Source: an uncultured Mesorhizobium sp. (GTDB lineage Bacteria > Pseudomonadota > Alphaproteobacteria > Rhizobiales > Rhizobiaceae). From it: a stretch of DNA of 64,000 nucleotides. Shown piece after piece: positions 44,846 through 54,974 of this stretch. The translations under genes and the position numbers were made by a program. The stretch lies in the NCBI GenBank assembly GCA_937958475.1, contig CALFXR010000065.1:8617-72616 (forward strand). Direction: 5' to 3'. The number at the start of each line of letters is the position of its first letter. Within the stretch, counting starts at the first letter, position 1. Under the pieces are notes generated by a model that was given only the letters and a program-made list of their open reading frames with translations, made no database searches and had not been told where the DNA came from.

Positions 44846-46462
44846 ATGGCCGTCGCTTCCAGCAAGTTCCCCGCGCCGGACCTCGTGCCGGTCCGCCGCG
44901 CCCTGATCTCGGTGTCGGACAAGACCGGCCTCGTCGACTTCGCTGCGGCGCTGTCGAAGGCCGGCGTCGAGATCGTCTCCACCGGCGGCACGGCGAAGGC
45001 GCTCGCCGCCGCCGGGCTCGCCGTGCGCGACGTCTCCGAACTGACCGGCTTCCCCGAGATCATGGACGGCAGGGTCAAGACCCTGCATCCGTCCGTGCAC
45101 GGCGCGCTGCTCGGCGTGCGTGACGATCCGGCCCATGCCGAGGCCATGGCCGAGCACGGCATCGAGCCGATCGACCTGGTCGTGGTCAACCTCTACCCGT
45201 TCGAGGAGGTCCGCCGCGGCGGCGGCGACTACGCGGCGATCGTCGAGAACATCGACATCGGCGGCCCCGCCATGGTGCGCGCCTCGGCCAAGAACCACGC
45301 CTATGTCGCGGTCGTCACCGACCCGGAGGACTACGCGCCGCTCGTCAACGCGCTGGAACTCAACTTCGGCTCGCTCTCCCTCGATTTCCGCAAGCGGCTG
45401 GCGGCGAAGGCCTTCGCCCGCACCGCCGCCTACGACGCCGCCATCTCCGGCTGGTTCGCCGAGGCGCTCGAGGTCGAGCATCCGAACTGGCGCGCCTTCG
45501 GCGGCAGGCTGGAAACGGTGATGCGCTACGGCGAGAACCCGCACCAGTCGGCCGGCTTCTACGTCTCCGGCGACCGCCGTCCCGGCGTCGCCACGGCCCG
45601 CCAGCTGCAGGGCAAGCAGCTCTCCTACAACAACATCAACGACACCGACGCCGCCTTCGAGCTCGCCGGCGAGTTCGATCCGGCCCGCTCGGCCGCCGTC
45701 GTCATCGTCAAGCATGCCAATCCCTGTGGCGTCGCCGAGGGCGGTTCGCTGAAGGACGCCTATCTCGCGGCGCTGCGCTGCGACCCGGTCTCGGCCTTCG
45801 GCGGCATCGTCGCCGTCAACCGGCTGCTCGACGCCGAGGCGGCCGAGGAGATCGTCAAGGTGTTCACCGAGGTGATCATCGCGCCCGAGGCGACCGACGA
45901 GGCGGTCGCCATCGTCGCGGCGAAGAAGAACCTTCGGCTGCTGGTGACCGGCGGACTGCCCGATCCGCGCGCCGGCGGCTTCGCCTTCAAGTCGGTCGCC
46001 GGCGGCTTCCTCGTCCAGTCGCGCGACAACGCCGTCGTCGACGACCTGGCGCTGAAGGTGGTGACGAAACGCGCACCGACCGAGGCCGAGACGGCCGACC
46101 TGCGCTTCGCCTTCCGCGTGGCCAAGCACGTCAAGTCGAACGCCATCGTCTATGCGCGCGGCGGCGCCACGGTCGGCATCGGCGCCGGCCAGATGAGCCG
46201 CGTCGATTCCTCGCGCATTGCCGCACGCAAGGCCGAGGACGCCGCGGCCGCGGCCGGCCTCGCCGAGAGCCTGGCAAAGGGTTCGGTCGTCGCCTCCGAC
46301 GCCTTCTTCCCCTTCGCAGACGGGCTTCTCTCGGCCGTCGAGGCCGGCGCCACCGCGGTCATCCAGCCGGGCGGTTCGATGCGCGACGACGAGGTGATCG
46401 CCGCCGCCGACGCGCACGGCATCGCCATGGTGTTCACCGGGGCGCGCCACTTTCGCCACTGA
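44846..46462 (+). CDS. purH: bifunctional AICAR transformylase / IMP cyclohydrolase
   Basis: Met 111 of ORF 44516..46462: [37 protein letters not shown]...[17 protein letters not shown], 538 aa. Confidence 0.95.
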   Translation: MAVASSKFPAPDLVPVRRALISVSDKTGLVDFAAALSKAGVEIVSTGGTAKALAAAGLAVRDVSELTGFPEIMDGRVKTLHPSVHGALLGVRDDPAHAEAMAEHGIEPIDLVVVNLYPFEEVRRGGGDYAAIVENIDIGGPAMVRASAKNHAYVAVVTDPEDYAPLVNALELNFGSLSLDFRKRLAAKAFARTAAYDAAISGWFAEALEVEHPNWRAFGGRLETVMRYGENPHQSAGFYVSGDRRPGVATARQLQGKQLSYNNINDTDAAFELAGEFDPARSAAVVIVKHANPCGVAEGGSLKDAYLAALRCDPVSAFGGIVAVNRLLDAEAAEEIVKVFTEVIIAPEATDEAVAIVAAKKNLRLLVTGGLPDPRAGGFAFKSVAGGFLVQSRDNAVVDDLALKVVTKRAPTEAETADLRFAFRVAKHVKSNAIVYARGGATVGIGAGQMSRVDSSRIAARKAEDAAAAAGLAESLAKGSVVASDAFFPFADGLLSAVEAGATAVIQPGGSMRDDEVIAAADAHGIAMVFTGARHFRH

Positions 46463-46556
46463 GCGCGCGGCGCCGCGCGGGCGGCGATGGTGAAGGAACC
46501 GCCCGCGGCGGCTTCGCGTTGAAGAGGGGTTCCACTCTAACGCGAGGCAGCCGCCC

Positions 46557-47429
46557 ATGCTCATCCGTCTCGGCTACGAGATCGCCATCGACTGTCCCCA
46601 GCGGACGCCGCTGATCTCGGTGCTGGAAATCCACCCCGAACGGCAGAAAGACATCCAGCGGCAGACGCGCGTCCTGACCTCGCCGTCGGTTCCGAGCACC
46701 GTCTACACCGACCGCTACGGAAACCTGTGCCGGCGCTTCCTCGCACCGGCCGGCGGCCTGCGCATCCTCTACGACGCCGTCGTCGAGGACAGCGGCGCCA
46801 CCGACGAGATCAACAGGCTCGCCGGAGAGACCCCGGTCGACAATCTCCCCGACGACTGCCTCGGCTATCTGCTCGGCAGCCGCTACTGCGAGACAGACCA
46901 CCTGAGCAACCTGGCCTGGCAGCTGTTCGGCCATCTGCCGCCGGGCTGGGCGCGGGTCCAGGCGATCGTCGATTATGTCCATACCAGACTGTCGTTCGGA
47001 TACGGCTACGCCCGGTCCACGCGAACGGCGGCGCAGGCCCACGAGGAGCGAGTCGGGGTGTGCCGCGACTTCGCCCATCTGGCCATCGCCTTCTGCCGCT
47101 GCATGAACATCCCGGCCCGCTACGTGAACGGCTATCTCGGCGACATCGGCGTGCCCGCCGATCCGGCGCCGATGGATTTCTCGGCCTGGTTCGAGGCCTA
47201 TCTCGACGGCAAGTGGTATCCATTCGATGCAAGGCACAACAGGTCGCGCGTCGGCCGGGTCGTCATCGCCCGCGGCCGCGACGCCACCGACGTGCCGCTG
47301 CTGCACAGCTTTGGCCCGCACAGCCTGTCCACGTTCCGCGTCTGGACGTACGAGCAGAAAGAGGACGGCGACACCCTGCCGCCGCGCCACGGCATCGACC
47401 GCACGCTGACCGCCCAGATCCTCGCCTGA
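46557..47429 (+). CDS. transglutaminase-like cysteine peptidase family protein
   Basis: The transglutaminase core is present: Cys (RVGVCRDFAHLAIAFCRCMNIPARYVNGY) and the downstream W..FDARH. Confidence 0.85.
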   Translation: MLIRLGYEIAIDCPQRTPLISVLEIHPERQKDIQRQTRVLTSPSVPSTVYTDRYGNLCRRFLAPAGGLRILYDAVVEDSGATDEINRLAGETPVDNLPDDCLGYLLGSRYCETDHLSNLAWQLFGHLPPGWARVQAIVDYVHTRLSFGYGYARSTRTAAQAHEERVGVCRDFAHLAIAFCRCMNIPARYVNGYLGDIGVPADPAPMDFSAWFEAYLDGKWYPFDARHNRSRVGRVVIARGRDATDVPLLHSFGPHSLSTFRVWTYEQKEDGDTLPPRHGIDRTLTAQILA

Positions 47430-47456
47430 GACAAGGGCGGCCCGTCTTTCGAGTTG

Positions 47457-47492
47457 CATGGCGGAGAAAATAGGAATATTTTCTCCGCCATG
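47457..47492 (+). promoter_or_regulatory. perfect 16-bp inverted repeat with 4-nt loop (CATGGCGGAGAAAATA-ggaa-TATTTTCTCCGCCATG)
   Basis: Verified base by base. It lies 28 nt after the transglutaminase-like stop. The right arm contains the ATG (47490-47492) of the nuclease gene. It may act as a terminator, a translational occluder or a protein-binding site. Confidence 0.5.
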
Positions 47493-47945
47493 TTTCGTGA
47501 TATCCCTTTCGTCGCCTCGGCGTCGGCGGCCGCTCTCGCCGCAAGCCTTCTCGCCGCCGACCCCGCAGGCGGCGAGCGGCTGCTCGGCGGGCCCGTCGAA
47601 GCGCGGGTGATCTCGATCGTCGACGGCGACACGCTGCGTGCCGCAGCCTTCATCTGGCCCGGCCACGAAGTCAGCGTCAGCGTGCGCATTCGCGGCATCG
47701 ACGCGCCGGAGATGAAGGGCCGTTGCGAAGCCGAGCGGAGCGCCGCCGAGCGCGCCAGGTCTGCCCTCGAAGGCCTCGTCGGCCTCGGCCCGGTGCGGCT
47801 CCGCGACGTCGGCGGCGGCAAGTATTACGGCCGCGTGCTGGCCGACGTCGAGGCCGCCGACGGCACTGCGGTCGGCGCCGCTCTCCTCTCGCTCGATCTC
47901 GTGCGCCCCTATGGCGGCGGCCGCCGCGGATCCTGGTGCGGCTGA
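47490..47945 (+). CDS. thermonuclease (SNase-like) family exported protein
   Basis: MFRDIPFVASASAAALAASLLAA is the signal peptide. IVDGDTLR...VRIRGIDAPEMKG...ARSAL...YYGRVLADV is the SNase pattern. Confidence 0.8.
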   Translation: MFRDIPFVASASAAALAASLLAADPAGGERLLGGPVEARVISIVDGDTLRAAAFIWPGHEVSVSVRIRGIDAPEMKGRCEAERSAAERARSALEGLVGLGPVRLRDVGGGKYYGRVLADVEAADGTAVGAALLSLDLVRPYGGGRRGSWCG

Positions 47946-48206
47946 ACCGAACCGGGACGGGTCGATCGTTCCGTTTCGGCACGCGGCCGGCGCCACGTGC
48001 CGCCTCGTCGCTGCGATGGTGAACGAGCGGTAAACGCCGCTGCGGCCGCACCTCCAATTTTCTACCGCCCGTCAACCACGCTGCAGCGCCGCGTCCCACG
48101 AAATCAACCGCTTGCCGACTCCGGCCCGCGCTTTCCCGGTTCGCCCGCCGGTCCGGCCGGGATCGTGCATGAAGCTCTCCGAGAAGCTCGGCGGATGGAG
48201 GATTGG

Positions 48207-49508
48207 ATGGCGACGACCCGTTTCCGGCATTTCGGCCGCGACACCCGCGGCAACTTTGCCGTGATGACCGCGGCCATCGCCTCGGTGCTCGCGCTCGGCA
48301 TCGGCTACGGCGTCAACGTCGCCCAGATGACCAAGGTCCGCTCCAACCTCGTCAACGCGCTCGACGCCGCCGTCACATCGACGGCCCGCGACCTGACGAC
48401 CGGCAGGATTGCCGAGAAGGACGCGCACGCAAGCGTCGAGGCCTTCCTGATGGCAAACGGCAGCGCCGATTTCACGCGGCCGGGCACGCTCGCACTGGAA
48501 AACCTGGTGATCGACACGTCCGCGAGCACGGTCGCGGCGCGCGCCCATGTCGATGTCGACCTGCTCTTCCCCGTCTTCGCCACCGGCAATTCGCGACGCA
48601 TCGCGGTGGAATCGGCGGCGCTCTACTCCGACAAGCGGATCGAGGTGGCAATGATGCTCGACATCACCGGTTCGATGGCCGGGCAGAAGATCAAGGACCT
48701 GAAGACCGCGGCCCTTGCGGCGCTCGACGCCTTCCTCGCCGGCCAGGACCCGGCCAAGGCGCGCGTCCGCGTCGCCATCGTCCCCTATGCCGACGCCGTC
48801 AACACCGGCGCGCTTTCGAACGTCGTCCACGTCGAGAAAAGCTTCACCGCCGGCGAGCCGCCGAAGCTGGACGATCCCGTCGCCGCCGCCACCGCGCCGG
48901 ACAAATGTGCGACCGAGCGCAAGGGCGCCAACCAGTTCACCGATGCCAGCCCCTATACGGCCAAGGTCAACCGCGACTACCGCCTCGCCTTCTGCCCGTC
49001 GACGGCGCTGGCGCCGCTCTCGGCCGACCTTCCGGCGCTGAAGAAGGCGGTCGGCGCCTTCGCCGCCGACGGCTACACCGGCGGCCACACCGGTATCCAG
49101 TGGAGCTGGTACATGCTGTCGCCGAAATGGCGCGACGTGCTGCCGAAGGCGGCGGCGCCCGCCGACCACGACCCGAAGAAGGTCGCCAAGATCGCCATCC
49201 TGATGACGGACGGCGAGTTCAACACCGCCTTCGCCGGCGTCGCCAAGGGCAAGGACACGCGCAACCAGGCCGCCCTGTCGCGCAGCCACGCCGAGACGCT
49301 CTGCGCGGCGATGCGCAAGGACGGCATCGAGGTGTTCACGATTGGCTTCATGCTCAAGGAGGCCGGCGCCAAGGCCGTGATGAAGGCCTGCGCCTCGCCC
49401 GACAGCGGCTCGTCCACGCACTATTTCGAGACGAGTTCCGGCGCCGAGCTGACCGACGCCTTCCTGTCGATCGCCCGCAACGTCGAACGGCTGGCGGTGA
49501 CGAAGTAG
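48207..49508 (+). CDS. TadE/TadG-like N-terminal domain protein with vWA domain
   Basis: RDTRGNFAVMTAAIASVLALGIGYGVNVA is the pilus-assembly TadG-type N-terminus. The MIDAS-like motif MMLDITGSM is present, and MTDGEFN lies later. An alternative start is at 48195. Confidence 0.8.
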   Translation: MATTRFRHFGRDTRGNFAVMTAAIASVLALGIGYGVNVAQMTKVRSNLVNALDAAVTSTARDLTTGRIAEKDAHASVEAFLMANGSADFTRPGTLALENLVIDTSASTVAARAHVDVDLLFPVFATGNSRRIAVESAALYSDKRIEVAMMLDITGSMAGQKIKDLKTAALAALDAFLAGQDPAKARVRVAIVPYADAVNTGALSNVVHVEKSFTAGEPPKLDDPVAAATAPDKCATERKGANQFTDASPYTAKVNRDYRLAFCPSTALAPLSADLPALKKAVGAFAADGYTGGHTGIQWSWYMLSPKWRDVLPKAAAPADHDPKKVAKIAILMTDGEFNTAFAGVAKGKDTRNQAALSRSHAETLCAAMRKDGIEVFTIGFMLKEAGAKAVMKACASPDSGSSTHYFETSSGAELTDAFLSIARNVERLAVTK

Positions 49509-49597
49509 CGCGCGGCCCCGCCGGCGCCGGTAAAGTAAGTCCGGGGCGATCCGCGGTGCCGGTCCGCACCCGTACCCGACGGCGCAAGACGATGTCC

Positions 49598-49640
49598 AAA
49601 CGAAAAAGGCCGCCGCTCGCGAGGAGCCGGCGGCCTTTCC
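49598..49640 (-). terminator. rho-independent terminator (minus-strand orientation)
   Basis: On the minus strand an 11-bp stem AAAGGCCGCCG...CGGCGGCCTTT is followed by TTCGTTT, giving a TTTTTCGTTT run. It lies about 60 nt downstream of the small ORF and about 90 nt after the convergent TadG-like gene. Confidence 0.6.
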
Positions 49641-49702
49641 CGTGTCTGTCGTCCAGCGCGGATCCGTGGCCGGCAAGGGCCCGGCCGCGCGTCATGCCGT
49701 CG

Positions 49703-49771
49703 TCAGGAAGGCTGCTTCCCGAAAAGGCAATCCGCCGGAGCCACACGCTGGGTAACGAAGTCACTCGACAT
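49703..49771 (-). CDS. candidate 22-aa small protein (MSSDFVTQRVAPADCLFGKQPS)
   Basis: It is too short for the ORF track. Its ATG is preceded, at 7-nt spacing, by GAAAGGAGGTGATCC, a 15-nt perfect complement of the 16S rRNA 3' end. A stop and an intrinsic terminator follow. I recognise no homology. Confidence 0.35.
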   Translation of the reverse strand: MSSDFVTQRVAPADCLFGKQPS

Positions 49772-50014
49772 CGGATCACCTCCTTTCAGTTCGTTGAACA
49801 CGAAACCAATGTGGGGGCATTTCCCCTTTCGCGCAAGGCGCGGCCGTTTTCATTCCGCACTGCTTCCGCTATCTTCCGATTCCGGCGCCGCCTGCGCCTC
49901 CCCCCTCCGTCGGGAAAGCATCGATCGTGCCGGGCACTTCTTTCATCGAACCGACTGTTCGGGCGCCGGCATGAGGAGGGGTTGCGGACCAAGCCCGCAA
50001 TAGGAGGTTTGCCC

Positions 50015-50725
50015 GTGAAGTCCGACACCCCGATCTACGTATTGAAACGCAACGCCAAACGCCTGTCCCGCGAGAACGGCATTCCCCGTCACGAGGCGCT
50101 ACGCCGCGTCGCGGCGAGCCAGGGCTTCCAGAGCTGGAGCCTGCTCGCCGCGCGCCGGCCGGCCGCGGAGTCGACAGGCCTGTTGCCGCTTCTCGCGCCC
50201 GGCGACCTCGTCCTGGTCGGCGCACGGCCGGGACAGGGCAAGACGCTGCTTTGCCTGCGGCTCGCGGCCGAGGCCGTGGCGGCGGGCCGTGCCGCGGCCT
50301 TCTTCACGCTGGAGTACACGGAGCGCGACGTCGTCGAGCGTTTTCGCGCCATCGGCGTCGATCCGTCCCGCCTCGACGGCGGGTTCCGCTTCGACAGTTC
50401 GGATGCGATCAGCGCCGGCTACATCGCTGCCGCTCTCGCGACCGCCGGACCCGGAACCGTGGCGATCGTCGACTATCTCCAGCTGCTCGACCAGAAGCGG
50501 AACAAGCCCGATCTCGCCGCGCAGGTCGCGGCGTTGAAGGCGTTCGCCCGCGAGAAGGGGATCGTGCTTGTCTGCATCGCGCAGATCGATCGGGCCTACG
50601 ACCCGTCGGCGAAGCCGTTTCCCGACCTGGCCGACGTGCGGTTGCCGAATCCGCTGGATCTAGGCCTGTTCGACAAGGCGATCTTCCTCAGCGGCGGCGA
50701 GGCACGCTTCCACGCCGCCGGATAG
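50015..50725 (+). CDS. stand-alone DnaB-C-terminal-like (RecA-fold) ATPase
   Basis: GTG start 7 nt after TAGGAGG. Walker A is GARPGQGKT. The DnaB-type Walker B/linker is VAIVDYLQLLD. The CIAQIDR motif is present. There is no DnaB N-terminal domain; it has a short helical N-terminus instead. Confidence 0.7.
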   Translation: MKSDTPIYVLKRNAKRLSRENGIPRHEALRRVAASQGFQSWSLLAARRPAAESTGLLPLLAPGDLVLVGARPGQGKTLLCLRLAAEAVAAGRAAAFFTLEYTERDVVERFRAIGVDPSRLDGGFRFDSSDAISAGYIAAALATAGPGTVAIVDYLQLLDQKRNKPDLAAQVAALKAFAREKGIVLVCIAQIDRAYDPSAKPFPDLADVRLPNPLDLGLFDKAIFLSGGEARFHAAG

Positions 50726-50797
50726 GCTTCGCTGTCCGGACCGACCGTCCGGGAGGCTCGGCCGGAGCCATGCGCTCCGGCCACCCGTTCGCAAGCC

Positions 50798-52753
<1,956 letters not shown>

Positions 52754-53055
52754 TCTCTACCTCCCCCTGATCATCGGCGTGCGCGGTCTCTTCCGCTTCG
52801 GCGGGCCGCGACTTTCGCCGCATTATTATCAATTCGTCGCGCCCGACAACATTAGACATTGGATTTGCGCGGCGGGTTGACGCAGCGTCGCCCGGCTGGC
52901 GCGGGACGGCTCTGTCAGCACTCGATATGCAGGGCTGCTAGCATGTTGTTTTCGTTGCAGAAACCTATTGCGTATCGCCGCGTTTCAAGGAACCGTTAAC
53001 GAAGCCGGCGCACGATGCCGGCTTGGAGGATCATCACGGACCCTGGAAGGAAGTC

Positions 53056-53328
53056 ATGGCGAACGCTTCTGAGATGGAACTGATGCTCAACGGATACGGC
53101 CTCACCACGGCGCGCATCCTCTACCACTATCCCGACCATCCGCACCTGCTGCAGACCTATGTCTGGCAGGACTACGACCTGGCGCCGAAGTTCCCGGTAC
53201 TGCTCGCCTTCATCGAATTCTGGAAGCAGAAGCTCGAGGGCCCGCTGCACTCGGTCGCCTACACCCACCGCCGCCTGATCGCGCCGAACGAGTGGCGCAA
53301 GGTCGACGGCGAGTTCGTGCTGCACTGA
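53056..53328 (+). CDS. usg: Usg family protein
   Basis: LNGYGLTTARILYHYPDHPHLLQTYVWQDYDLAPKFPVLLAFIEFWKQKLEGPLHSV is the Usg (PF06233-type) signature. The ATG at 53056 follows GGAAGGAAG. Confidence 0.8.
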   Translation: MANASEMELMLNGYGLTTARILYHYPDHPHLLQTYVWQDYDLAPKFPVLLAFIEFWKQKLEGPLHSVAYTHRRLIAPNEWRKVDGEFVLH

Positions 53329-53335
53329 ACCTCGG

Positions 53336-53737
53336 TCACAAGGCCCAGGGATCGAGGATCCCAACCTCTGCGTCGGTGAAATCGGCGACGTTGCGGGTCG
53401 CCACTATCAGTCCGTGGACCTTTGCCGTCGCTAGGATGAGACCATCCGCCTCGCCGCGCCGTCGGCGGGCCGACAGCCTGCCCCATTCGATCGCCACCTG
53501 TTCCGTGACAGGCAGGATGCGATCGCTGTTTTCCTCCCGCATGATCTGGAGCCATGCTTCGAGTTCCCGCGCTTTCGGTGGCCGGGAAGCCCGGATCAGT
53601 TCGATGCCGCGTTCGATTTCACCGATCGTGATCACGCTTATGTAAACTGTCTCCGGATCGACGGAGGCCAACCACCGCCTTGGCTCCGGCACGCCCTTGT
53701 GCGCGTCGGAAAACGTGTTCGTATCGATGAGGTACAT
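53336..53737 (-). CDS. vapC: type II toxin VapC (PIN domain ribonuclease)
   Basis: MYLIDTNTFSD...VITIGEIERG...ILPVTEQVAIEWG...DGLILATAKVHGLIVATRNVADF carries the PIN acidic residues (D5, E40, D98, N116-D-F region). Its start overlaps the upstream stop (TGATG). Confidence 0.9.
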   Translation of the reverse strand: MYLIDTNTFSDAHKGVPEPRRWLASVDPETVYISVITIGEIERGIELIRASRPPKARELEAWLQIMREENSDRILPVTEQVAIEWGRLSARRRRGEADGLILATAKVHGLIVATRNVADFTDAEVGILDPWAL

Positions 53738-54102
53738 CAGAATTCGACCGGCGGGCGGCTGGGTTCTTTCGAGCGCCTGTTCACTTCGTCATACATCTCG
53801 TCCGGCCACGCGGGCCCCGAAAGTATGTGATCGACGAGGGACGACTTCCTGCGTCCGATGCTGGCCGTACCCGCGCCACGCCGGACGCTCTCGACGGCGT
53901 CGACGGCCTCCTGCCTCGATTCATATCCGCCCGCGGATGTGAACACGACCCTTTCCGATGGTGAAATAAAACGAAAGCGGAAACGGCCGCTCTTGTCGCG
54001 GAAGATCTCGAAGCGAACGGCTCCGCCGAGCGACTCCGCTTGAGTTGGTCTCGTTGCTTCCGCTTTCGTGCCCACTGTCGATGTTCCGATTTGAACTTGC
54101 AC
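53737..54102 (-). CDS. putative chimeric antitoxin: YegP/DUF1508 domain plus VapB-like C-terminal tail
   Basis: aa 29-77 (VRFEIFRDKSGRFRFRFISPSERVVFTSAGGYESRQEAVDAVESVRRGA) match the YegP repeat pattern (FEiykDk.GefRFrLkA.NGeiI..SegY.sk..a..gIesVk). The tail (SLVDHILSGPAWPDEMYDEVNRRSKEPSRPPVEF) resembles the toxin-binding tails of PIN-associated antitoxins. The start is uncertain. Confidence 0.65.
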   Translation of the reverse strand: MQVQIGTSTVGTKAEATRPTQAESLGGAVRFEIFRDKSGRFRFRFISPSERVVFTSAGGYESRQEAVDAVESVRRGAGTASIGRRKSSLVDHILSGPAWPDEMYDEVNRRSKEPSRPPVEF

Positions 54103-54150
54103 TCGGATGAATATAGCAGCGTTGACACGTCGGCTCCAGAACGCCGAGCC

Positions 54151-54813
54151 TCACCTCGTTCCGAAGATCGCGCTCCCGACGCGCACGCTCGTCGCGCCGA
54201 AGCGCACGGCCAGCTCGTAGTCGCCCGACATGCCCATCGACAGGCGCCCGACGCCGGTCTCGCGCGCGAGTTTCTCCAGCAGGGCGAAATGCGGACCGGG
54301 GTTCTCGTCTGCCGGCGGAATGCACATCAGCCCGTCGATGGTCAGGCCATGGACGGTCCTGCACCGCGTGACGAAATCGACGGCCTCGCGCGGGTCGATG
54401 CCGGCCTTCTGCGGCTCGGAACCCGTGTTGACCTGGACGTAGAGATGCGGCCGCCGGCCCTGGCGGGCGATCTCTCTGGCCAGCTCCGCCGCGATCTTGT
54501 CGCGGTCGACGGTCTCGATGACGTCGAACAGCGCCACCGCCTCGCGCGCCTTGTTCGATTGCAGCGGCCCGATCAGGTGGAGCTCGATGTCGGGATAGTC
54601 GGCCTTCAGAGCCGGCCATTTCTGCGCCGCCTCCTGCACGCGGTTCTCGCCGAAGACGCGCTGCCCGGCATGGATGGCCGGCAGGATGTGCTCGCGGTCG
54701 AAGGTCTTCGACACCGCCACCAGCGTCACCGATCCGGCCGGCCGCCCCGCCTCGCGCTCCGTCTGGGCGATCCGCTCGCGGACCGCGTCGAGACGAACTT
54801 CCACCTCTTCCAT
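54151..54813 (-). CDS. yggS: YggS family pyridoxal-phosphate homeostasis protein
   Basis: Met 47 of ORF 54151..54951: [34 protein letters not shown]...[10 protein letters not shown]...[13 protein letters not shown]...VRVGSAIFG. Confidence 0.9.
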   Translation of the reverse strand: MEEVEVRLDAVRERIAQTEREAGRPAGSVTLVAVSKTFDREHILPAIHAGQRVFGENRVQEAAQKWPALKADYPDIELHLIGPLQSNKAREAVALFDVIETVDRDKIAAELAREIARQGRRPHLYVQVNTGSEPQKAGIDPREAVDFVTRCRTVHGLTIDGLMCIPPADENPGPHFALLEKLARETGVGRLSMGMSGDYELAVRFGATSVRVGSAIFGTR

Positions 54814-54974
54814 GCCGTTCCTGCTCCTCGCGGCGAAGCCCCGTGCCGCCGCCCTTTTTGCCGCCGCGAAGGCCCCTGCGGTTGACGGTTCCGGCAAAGC
54901 GTGGTGAAGACCCGGACCGAGCCGAAAGAGCCGCGCCCCGCGGCAACCCACGTCTTTTAAGTGAAATCCCGGTC

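Noticed and set aside
49773-49787. Plus-strand GGATCACCTCCTTTC, identical to the 3' terminus of 16S rRNA, as a possible rRNA gene fragment
   Set aside because: No further 16S-like sequence flanks it on either side. On the minus strand it is an extended Shine-Dalgarno sequence placed correctly before an ATG (see the small-ORF finding).
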